Below, in pieces: positions 17,823 to 24,815 of a DNA stretch of 24,815 bases. Numbering within the stretch: the first letter of the stretch is position 1; every line of letters begins with the position of its first letter. Below the pieces are notes generated by a model. That model saw only the letters and a list, made by a program, of their open reading frames with translations. It made no database searches and was not told the DNA's origin. The DNA comes from a virus. Its lineage: Duplodnaviria > Caudoviricetes. Made by a program: the position numbers and the translations under genes. The stretch lies in IMG/VR virus record IMGVR_UViG_3300030098_001697, positions 1 through 24,815 of that record; one strand, given 5' to 3'.

Positions 17823-17866
17823 CTTTCTATTGACTTCTTATATCAAATCTATTATATAAGTCAATA
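17823..17866. promoter_or_regulatory. Overlapping divergent sigma70-type promoters within an inverted repeat
   Basis: Plus: TTGACT 17830-17835, 17 nt, TATATA 17853-17858. Minus: TTGACT 17864-17859, 16 nt, TATAAG 17842-17837, AGAAAG RBS 17828-17823. Confidence 0.7.
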
Positions 17867-18306
17867 TGAGAAAGACACAAGGTAACGACATATTTAGTTC
17901 TATTAAATGTGGTCCGGCTCAAGATAAGCCGAACCCTTCTTCTACTGTTTATGTAATTCAAGAAATTGCAGGTTCAAAAGAAGGTAGACCTAAAATTAAT
18001 ATTATGGGAGCTGCTAACTACGGTTCATTTAAATTTTTATTACCAGAACTTTCTCAAATTATATTTTCTCCGGGGCCTCTCATCTTTAAATTAAGAGAGG
18101 GGCTCAAAAAATTTTCTGAAAATGATTATTTATTATTAACAGGAGATCCTGCTATTATTGGCGTAGCGTGTTCTCTAGTTTCCGACATTACAAATGGTAA
18201 ATACAAGTTATTAAAATGGGACAAACAAGAGAGAAAATATTATCCAATAGAAATAAATCTACACGAGAAAGGAACATCACAAAAATACGCTTATGAACAA
18301 AATTAA
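17866..18306 (+). CDS. Hypothetical alpha/beta protein, first gene of the replication operon
   Basis: 146 aa; VYVIQE, DYLLLTGDPAII, LLKWDKQERKYYP; no SD, start about 7 nt after the -10 box. Confidence 0.7.
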   Translation: MRKTQGNDIFSSIKCGPAQDKPNPSSTVYVIQEIAGSKEGRPKINIMGAANYGSFKFLLPELSQIIFSPGPLIFKLREGLKKFSENDYLLLTGDPAIIGVACSLVSDITNGKYKLLKWDKQERKYYPIEINLHEKGTSQKYAYEQN

Positions 18307-18847
18307 TTTTGAACAAGATCAAGAAGAAATTATAGATAAAACAAAGAACATAAATAAACTTGCGGATAAAATAAAACAGATGCAAGGTTTACAAAAAGAC
18401 ATAGAAACTAATGAAGAATATGTCAAACAAAAGAAAAAAGAATTAGATCATATTTCAGGAGAAGTCATACCCACTATGTTATCGGAGATGGGTTTATCTT
18501 TTCTTAAACTACAGGACGGATCTTCTGTAGAGGTTAAAACAAATTATAGCGCCACTATAACACAAGCAAAAAAAGAAGAGGCGTTTAACTGGCTTCGTCA
18601 GAACGGATTGGGCGACATCATTAAAAATGAAATAGTCGTCTCCTTTGGCCGATCTGAGGATGACAAGGCAGCAGCATATGCTGAACTTGCGAAGGGTCAA
18701 GGGCATCAACCGACACAAAAGTTGAAGGTTGAGCCTATGACCCTGAAAGCGTTAGTCCGTGAGCGAATCGAAGGCGGCAAAGAAATGCCAACGGAACTTT
18801 TCAACATATTTGTTGGAAATAAAACAACAATAAAAAGGAAACAATGA
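18293..18847 (+). CDS. Phage replication-module protein of unknown function
   Basis: 184 aa; N-terminal coiled coil, AFNWLRQNGLGDIIKNE, VEPMTLKALVRE. Confidence 0.75.
   Translation: MNKINFEQDQEEIIDKTKNINKLADKIKQMQGLQKDIETNEEYVKQKKKELDHISGEVIPTMLSEMGLSFLKLQDGSSVEVKTNYSATITQAKKEEAFNWLRQNGLGDIIKNEIVVSFGRSEDDKAAAYAELAKGQGHQPTQKLKVEPMTLKALVRERIEGGKEMPTELFNIFVGNKTTIKRKQ
18509..18819 (+). other. Array of stem-loops embedded in coding sequence (candidate structured RNA element)
   Basis: Six consecutive hand-paired stems, about 49% GC over 18601-18780 versus about 23% over 18301-18420, G-U wobbles on the + strand. Confidence 0.65.
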
Positions 18848-19620
18848 CAATGAACAAAGAAGCAAATATCACGAAACGTGATCAAGGAGGCGCAGTAGCT
18901 ACAACTTTATTTGAAGCTGATGCAGGTCAAGGAGTCCAAAACATAAAGCAAGATGATCTTGCTCTACCGTTTTTAAAAGTACTTGGCCAATTATCCCCAG
19001 AGTGTAATAAGAGGGACGCCAAATATGTCAAGGGGGCAGAACCTGGTATGATAATCAACACTGTTACAAACGAAGTGTTTGATGGCGAAAAGGGGATAAA
19101 TGTTTTGCCGGTATATTACAAAAGACAATATATCGAATGGCAAGACAGAGGTGAGAGTTCAGGAGCACCTGTGCATATATATGAAGCAGGAGATGATATT
19201 CCGCAAACTACAAGAGACAAGGGTAATAAAGATAGATTAGCTAATGGCAACTATCTTGAAAATACTGCAAGTCATTTTGTGGTTGCACTCGGCAATACAC
19301 CATCAACAGCTTTGATTTCTATGAAAGCGACTCAATTAAAAATTAGTCGTAAATGGAATTCAATGATGATGGGTATGAAGATGCAGGGTAAAAACGGATT
19401 GTTTACTCCACCAACATATAGTCACATTTACAATTTAAAAACTGTGCAACAGTCTAACGACAAAGGCACTTGGTTTGGTTGGGATGTTTCTAAAGTCGGT
19501 CCTGTGACAGATGCGAATACTTACGAGATTGCGAAAACGTTTTCTAAAAGTGTCGGTAGCGGCGCTGTGAAAGCGAAACACGGATCAGAAGAATCTAACT
19601 CATCATCAACACCATATTAA
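18844..19620 (+). CDS. Putative single-stranded DNA-binding protein
   Basis: 258 aa; LPFLKVLGQLSP, YIEW, NDKGTWFGW; flexible tail ending in Pro-aromatic (EESNSSSTPY); lies before the primase. Confidence 0.6.
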   Translation: MTMNKEANITKRDQGGAVATTLFEADAGQGVQNIKQDDLALPFLKVLGQLSPECNKRDAKYVKGAEPGMIINTVTNEVFDGEKGINVLPVYYKRQYIEWQDRGESSGAPVHIYEAGDDIPQTTRDKGNKDRLANGNYLENTASHFVVALGNTPSTALISMKATQLKISRKWNSMMMGMKMQGKNGLFTPPTYSHIYNLKTVQQSNDKGTWFGWDVSKVGPVTDANTYEIAKTFSKSVGSGAVKAKHGSEESNSSSTPY

Positions 19621-19623
19621 TTA

Positions 19624-19684
19624 ATTCATTCGATCAGGATGAATGGGTATGGGGCGGCTAAGCGAGAGTGGATCCGCCCTTACC
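19624..19684 (+). promoter_or_regulatory. Two tandem hairpins between SSB-like and primase genes
   Basis: ATTCATTC/GGATGAAT (19624-19644), then GGTA-T-GGGGCGG/CCGCCCT-TACC (19646-19684) enclosing CTAAGCGAGAGTGGAT; AAGGAG RBS follows at 19690. Confidence 0.7.
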
Positions 19685-19697
19685 AACATAAGGAGTT

Positions 19698-21197
19698 ATG
19701 AAAAATTTTATTGATTTATTTTCTGGATTACAAAGAGCGCACGGATGCACATACGTAGAAAAGAAAAATGCTGACGGAACTAAAATAAAAGGCAAGTCAT
19801 TTGTTAAACGTGAACCTGTAACTGATAAACATTGGCAAGATCATTTAAAAGGAATAGAACCTAGTCTAGGTATCATACCTATTAACGAAGAAAATCAATG
19901 TAGATGGGGATGCATAGATGTAGATAAATATAATTTAGATCACAAAAAAATCATTGATCTTATAAACAATAATCATTTACCTTTGACTATGTGTCGTTCA
20001 AAAAGTGGAGGAGCACATATATTTTTATTTACTACGGTTCCAGTAGACGCATCTTTGATGAGAGATAAACTAAGTTCTATTAGTGCATTTCTAGGATTTG
20101 GTAATGCAGAAGTTTTTCCAAAACAAGTTGAATTAAAATCGGAAGATGATACAGGAAATTTTTTAAATTTACCATACTTTAATTCTGAAAAAACAACAAG
20201 ATATGCCTTTAATTTTAAAGGCGAAGCAATTACAATATCGCAATTTTTTTTAGCAATAAAAAGATTAACTCCAGAAGAATTAGAAAAATTAGAACTAACA
20301 AGACCTAAATCAGAATTTAGTGATGGTCCTCCGTGTATAGAATCTCTTACACAAAATAAATTAAACGATGGAAGAGATAGGGTTATTTATCAATACATAC
20401 AATATGCAAAAAGAAAATGGCCAGAAGAATGGCAAAAACATATAAATGCTTTTAATTATAAATACTTTGACCCACCTTTAGATGACAAAACAATCCAAGA
20501 CAAAATAAAATACCACGAGAAAAAAGAATTAGGTTTTAAATGTAATGAAGATCCTATGTGTAATCATTGCGATAAAAAACTATGTTTAACAAGACCTTTT
20601 GGAATTAAAGGTCAGTCTTTATTCCCTGATTTAAATGATTTACAAAAAGTTAATCTTGATGAACCTTATTATTGGGTAAACGTTGATGGTGAAAGAGTTA
20701 GATTAAAAGACACTTCTTATTTACAAGAACAAAGATTATTTCAAAGAGCTGTAATGGAACAAGTAAACAAGGTTCCACCTACATTAAAGAAAAAAGAATT
20801 TACAGATATGGTAAAACTTTTGTTTGCTGGGATAGAAATTGTAGAACCACCTATGGGTTCATCTAAAGTAGAACAGTTATTAGATCACCTAGAAGAATTT
20901 TGCACAGACAGAACTGCAGCAGGTGCGAAAAGACAAGATATGTTATTAGGTAATGTGTGGACACACGAGGGTCAACATCATTTTGTATTTAGAGAATTTT
21001 TTAATAAGTTTTTATTAAAAAGAAGATGGAATGAAAAATATGATGAGACTCTATTATTGTTACGTGATAAGTGTGGGTGTGAAATTACCAGAGAAACTAT
21101 AGGCAAAAAGAAAATAACAGTGACTACAATTAAAGAATTTACTAAAGAAGATAATGTTTACCGACCGAAACAATTTAAACCTAAGGATGCGTTTTAA
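19698..21197 (+). CDS. Archaeo-eukaryotic primase (AEP) superfamily protein with Cys-rich central domain
   Basis: WGCIDVD (motif I), RSKSGGAH (motif II), GNFLNLPY; PPC...CNEDPMCNHCDKKLC; no Walker A seen. Confidence 0.8.
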   Translation: MKNFIDLFSGLQRAHGCTYVEKKNADGTKIKGKSFVKREPVTDKHWQDHLKGIEPSLGIIPINEENQCRWGCIDVDKYNLDHKKIIDLINNNHLPLTMCRSKSGGAHIFLFTTVPVDASLMRDKLSSISAFLGFGNAEVFPKQVELKSEDDTGNFLNLPYFNSEKTTRYAFNFKGEAITISQFFLAIKRLTPEELEKLELTRPKSEFSDGPPCIESLTQNKLNDGRDRVIYQYIQYAKRKWPEEWQKHINAFNYKYFDPPLDDKTIQDKIKYHEKKELGFKCNEDPMCNHCDKKLCLTRPFGIKGQSLFPDLNDLQKVNLDEPYYWVNVDGERVRLKDTSYLQEQRLFQRAVMEQVNKVPPTLKKKEFTDMVKLLFAGIEIVEPPMGSSKVEQLLDHLEEFCTDRTAAGAKRQDMLLGNVWTHEGQHHFVFREFFNKFLLKRRWNEKYDETLLLLRDKCGCEITRETIGKKKITVTTIKEFTKEDNVYRPKQFKPKDAF

Positions 21198-22687
21198 TGA
21201 AAACAATTGTATTAGGACCACCAGGCACAGGAAAAACTTTTACTTTGTTAGAAGAGATGGAAAAACATTTAAAGAATACTGATCCGGACAAAATTGGATT
21301 TTTTTCTTTTACACAAAAAGCTGCGTACCACGCAAGAGATAGAGCTGTAGATAAATTTAATTTAACAGAAGATGATCTTCCATACTTTAGAACTTTACAC
21401 TCTTTGGCATTTAAAAGATTAGGAATAAAAAAAGAACAGGTAATGCAAAAAAGACATTACATAGATCTTGGTAAAAAGATTGATATGAAAGTAGATTACA
21501 ATGAGTACGATGAAGATCAAACAGGACTATTCACAACTAACAGTGAGTATTTAAGAATTATACAATTAGCTAAATTGCGTAACATCACACCAGAACAACA
21601 ATATAATTTAAGAGAGCATACTCAAGATTTATCTGTGAGAGATTTAAAAATTTTAGCAGGAGAAATTGAGTCTTACAAAAAACAATACAACTTAATCGAT
21701 TTTAACGATATGATTTTAAATTTTATTAAATCCGATGCATCACCTAAGTTTGACGTAGTGTTTATAGATGAAGCGCAAGATTTATCTCGTATGCAATGGG
21801 ATATGGCAAAATCTATATGGAATAAAACAGGAGATAGTTATATTGCAGGTGATGATGATCAAGCCATATTTAGATGGGCTGGCGCAGACGTAGATAGTTT
21901 TATCACACAAAAAGGAAAGTTTTTAAATCTAACACAATCTTACAGAATACCTAAAGTTGTGCACGATTTTGCTATGAATATTGTTGGTAGAATATCGAAT
22001 CGTTTACACAAAGAATGGTCACCAAAAACAGAAAAAGGATTGCTATCTTATTATAACGACTTTCAACACATAGATATGTCAAAGGGAGATTGGTTGGTTT
22101 TAGCAAGAACTAGATTTATGTTGAATGAACTTGAAAATGTTTTATACTCAAAAGGAATGTACTACAGAAATAAATTTAAGAAAGATTATGAAAAAGATTT
22201 ATATCAAGCAGTAACTGATTGGGAAAATTTACGTAATAATAAATTTTTAAGCACAGATCAAATTAACAGAGTTGCATCCTATATGAGCCCTAATCATTTT
22301 CAAAAAGAAAACTTACAATATTTAGATAAAGAAGGAATGTATGGTATGAATGATCTATATAATAACAAAGGATTGAATACTCAAAAAGTTTGGTACGAGG
22401 CATTTGATAATGCACCCGATCATCAAGTAAGATACATTAGAAAAATGAGAGAGAATGGAGAACAATTAAATAAAGACCCTAGAATTACGCTATCAACAAT
22501 ACACGGAGTTAAAGGTGGAGAATCACAGAATGTAGTGTTACTAACTGATCTCAGTAAAAATACACAACAAAATTACGAAAGATATCCTGATGATGAAAAC
22601 AGATTATTTTACGTAGGTGCAACAAGAACTAAAGAACATCTACACGTTATTAGACCAAAAGATATTTATAAAAGTTTTAAAATATGA
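21197..22687 (+). CDS. UvrD/Rep-like superfamily 1 helicase
   Basis: GPPGTGKT, IDEAQD, GDDDQAIF, QSYR, VLART, TIHGVKGGE, RLFYVGATR. Confidence 0.93.
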   Translation: MKTIVLGPPGTGKTFTLLEEMEKHLKNTDPDKIGFFSFTQKAAYHARDRAVDKFNLTEDDLPYFRTLHSLAFKRLGIKKEQVMQKRHYIDLGKKIDMKVDYNEYDEDQTGLFTTNSEYLRIIQLAKLRNITPEQQYNLREHTQDLSVRDLKILAGEIESYKKQYNLIDFNDMILNFIKSDASPKFDVVFIDEAQDLSRMQWDMAKSIWNKTGDSYIAGDDDQAIFRWAGADVDSFITQKGKFLNLTQSYRIPKVVHDFAMNIVGRISNRLHKEWSPKTEKGLLSYYNDFQHIDMSKGDWLVLARTRFMLNELENVLYSKGMYYRNKFKKDYEKDLYQAVTDWENLRNNKFLSTDQINRVASYMSPNHFQKENLQYLDKEGMYGMNDLYNNKGLNTQKVWYEAFDNAPDHQVRYIRKMRENGEQLNKDPRITLSTIHGVKGGESQNVVLLTDLSKNTQQNYERYPDDENRLFYVGATRTKEHLHVIRPKDIYKSFKI

Positions 22688-22908
22688 AAACTAAGGCATA
22701 TAAAAAACAAATTGGAGGATCTCACTATCAATCGATGATCATTCAGCCTAGCGAGTTTATAAATAAAAATAACATACCGTTTGCAGAAGGGAATGCTATT
22801 AAGTATTTGTGTAGGCACAAGCAAAAAAATAAAAAAGAAGATTTATTAAAAGCCATTCATTATTGTGAAATGGCAATAGAGAGGGACTATGGCGACGACA
22901 ATCTTTAA
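22684..22908 (+). CDS. DUF3310 (T7 gp1.7/SaV-like) protein
   Basis: QIGGSHY, IQP, GNAIKY..R...K...EDLLKA.HY signature. Confidence 0.85.
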   Translation: MKTKAYKKQIGGSHYQSMIIQPSEFINKNNIPFAEGNAIKYLCRHKQKNKKEDLLKAIHYCEMAIERDYGDDNL

Positions 22909-24742
22909 ACCACAAACAGAGTGGTTACCACCCACAGACTTTCCAGATCTTGGAAAGTATGACGAGATAGCAATAGATTTAGAAACAAAAGACCCTAACT
23001 TAAACAAAAGAATGGGATCAGGATCTGTTGTAGGTGTAGGTGATGTTGTTGGTATATCTTTATCGACAGGTAATTGGTGTGCATACTATCCCATAGCTCA
23101 CGAAGGTGGTGGTAATATGGATCGTAAGATGGTTTTAAAATGGTTACAGGATCAGATGAATCACAATTCAACCAAGATATTTCATAATGCAATGTATGAC
23201 GTGTGTTGGTTACGTAGATTAGGTATTAAAATTAACGGTAATATAGTTGATACAATGATTGCATCTGCGTTGATAAATGAAAACAGATTACGTTATGATC
23301 TTAATGGAATTTGTAGAGATTATTTAGGTAAAGGTAAAGATGAAACAGCTTTGTATGAAGCTGCAAAGTCTTGGGGTGTAGATCCTAAAGCAGAGATGTA
23401 CAAACTCCCTGCAATGTACGTTGGTGCTTACGCGGAGCGTGACGCCCAACTCACATTTGAGTTGTGGCAGGAGTGTAAAAAAGAAATATTACACCAGGAC
23501 CTAGGATCTATCTTTGATCTAGAAACTGATTTATTTCCGTGTCTAGTTGATATGAGGTTTCTCGGTGTACGTGTAAATCAAGAACAAGCAGCGATCGAAA
23601 AGAAAACATTAATAGAACAAGAGAAAAAAATGCTAGGTGAAGTGTTAGCAAGTACGGGGATAGAAGTACAAATCTGGGCTGCAAGATCTATTGCCAAAGT
23701 GTTTGAGAAGTTAGGTTTGCCCTACGACAGAACAGAAAAGACTGGAGCACCATCATTTACCAAGAACTTTCTAGCGAATCACCCACATAATGTGGTCAAA
23801 TGCATAGCAAAAGCACGTGAGATCAATAAAGCTCATACTACATTTATAGATACCATTCTAAAGTATAGTTTAAACGGCCGTATCCACGCGGAGATTAACC
23901 AATTACGTGGTGATGGCGGTGGGACAGTCACTGGTAGATTTTCGATGAATAACCCTAATCTACAGCAGATTCCGGCACGTAACAAAGACCTCGGACCACG
24001 GATCAGATCATTGTTCTTACCAGAGGAGAACCATACTTGGGGTTGCTTTGATTATAACCAACAAGAACCACGTCTAGTTGTGCACTATGCAGCTCTACAA
24101 AACCTGTATGGTGTTGATGATGTTGTACACGCTTATCTTCAAGGTGATGCAGACTTCCACCAGATTGTATCTGATATGGCTAACATACCTAGATCACAAG
24201 CTAAAACAATTAATCTTGGTTTGTTTTATGGTATGGGTAAAAATAAATTACAAGCAGAGCTCGGTATAAACAAATTACAAGCTGACCAATTATTTAAACA
24301 GTATCACAGTAGAGTTCCATTCGTTAAACAATTAATGGATGCTGTAATGGCAAGAGCACAAGATCGTGGTCAAATCAGAACATTAAAAGGTAGACTCTGT
24401 AGATTTCATCTATGGGAACCAAATCAGTTTGGTATTCATAAAGCATTGCCGCACGATGCAGCGCTCGCGGAACACGGACCAGGGATCAAAAGAGCATACA
24501 CATACAAAGCTTTGAATAGATTAATACAAGGATCGGCTGCTGATATGACAAAAAAAGCTATGATAGAATTACACAAAGAGGGAATCATACCGCATTTACA
24601 AGTGCACGACGAATTAGATATATCTATATCATCTGAAAAAGAAGCTCAGAGAATAAAAGATATTATGGAGTCTGCAGTAGAACTTGAAGTTCCTAACAAA
24701 GTAGATTATGAATTTGGAAAGAACTGGGGCGAAATAAAATGA
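22889..24742 (+). CDS. polA: Family A DNA polymerase with 3'-5' exonuclease, Leu762 type
   Basis: Exo motifs DLET, HNAMYD, YAERD; TGRFS..NPNLQQIP; motif A DYNQQEPR; motif B KTINLGLFYG; motif C VHDE. Confidence 0.96.
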   Translation: MATTIFKPQTEWLPPTDFPDLGKYDEIAIDLETKDPNLNKRMGSGSVVGVGDVVGISLSTGNWCAYYPIAHEGGGNMDRKMVLKWLQDQMNHNSTKIFHNAMYDVCWLRRLGIKINGNIVDTMIASALINENRLRYDLNGICRDYLGKGKDETALYEAAKSWGVDPKAEMYKLPAMYVGAYAERDAQLTFELWQECKKEILHQDLGSIFDLETDLFPCLVDMRFLGVRVNQEQAAIEKKTLIEQEKKMLGEVLASTGIEVQIWAARSIAKVFEKLGLPYDRTEKTGAPSFTKNFLANHPHNVVKCIAKAREINKAHTTFIDTILKYSLNGRIHAEINQLRGDGGGTVTGRFSMNNPNLQQIPARNKDLGPRIRSLFLPEENHTWGCFDYNQQEPRLVVHYAALQNLYGVDDVVHAYLQGDADFHQIVSDMANIPRSQAKTINLGLFYGMGKNKLQAELGINKLQADQLFKQYHSRVPFVKQLMDAVMARAQDRGQIRTLKGRLCRFHLWEPNQFGIHKALPHDAALAEHGPGIKRAYTYKALNRLIQGSAADMTKKAMIELHKEGIIPHLQVHDELDISISSEKEAQRIKDIMESAVELEVPNKVDYEFGKNWGEIK

Positions 24743-24751
24743 GGATTTATT

Positions 24752-24815
24752 ATGGCTTATTTAAATGCAAACATACCTGTACAATATGCACAGATAAAAA
24801 GAGAATATCTTTATG
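24752..24815 (+). CDS. Hypothetical protein, 3'-truncated
   Basis: GAGGA RBS then MAYLNANIPVQYAQIKREYLY, open to the window end. Confidence 0.7.
   Translation, partial: MAYLNANIPVQYAQIKREYLY

Noticed and set aside
18509-18718. 69-aa antisense ORF as the explanation of the GC-rich patch
   Set aside because: No recognisable motif, and the GC-rich, stem-forming region extends to about 18800, beyond it; structure explains the bias better, though the ORF is not formally excluded.
19648-19662. TATGG...CTAAG resembling an 11-nt tetraloop receptor or a K-turn
   Set aside because: The required CC pairing and tandem GA geometry are absent, and it conflicts with the stronger GGGCGG/CCGCCC stem.
18188-24269. 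ORFs 18188..18385 (-), 22995..23192 (-) and 24078..24269 (+, alternative frame)
   Set aside because: Short, nested in strong genes, no supporting signals.
19698-24742. Introns or inteins in primase, helicase or polymerase
   Set aside because: ORFs are continuous, of ordinary length, with normally spaced motifs.
1-24815. CRISPR array, tRNA, rRNA, integrase or IS element
   Set aside because: Intergenic gaps are all under about 80 nt; no repeat-spacer pattern, cloverleaf or recombinase/transposase motifs seen by eye.

Overview
A 24.8 kb segment of an AT-rich tailed (podovirus-like) phage genome, most consistent with a marine alphaproteobacterial (Pelagibacter/SAR11-type) phage; the host assignment is inferred from gene content and AGAAAG/AGGAG ribosome-binding sites, not proven. 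From left to right it holds: the 3' end of a Gly/Pro-rich fibre-like gene and its partner; a cassette of four 2OG-Fe(II) oxygenase-fold genes (one apparently degenerate) interrupted by a PD-(D/E)XK nuclease; tail genes including a P22 gp10-like protein; small virion genes (one 54-aa ORF missing from the ORF track); four internal/ejection proteins; holin and peptidase M15A endolysin; a minus-strand SNF2 helicase; and a divergent replication operon (two unknowns, SSB-like protein, AEP primase with a Cys-rich domain, UvrD-like helicase, DUF3310 protein, Leu762 family A polymerase). The most striking unexplained signals are a run of about six stem-loops embedded in the coding sequence just upstream of the SSB-like gene, same-strand GGANCNN heptamer repeats inside replication genes, the oxygenase cassette closed by a CCACC-loop hairpin, and a repeated R-x-x-(Y/F/A)-x-x-G-G motif in internal virion proteins. 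All structures were paired by eye, not computed.
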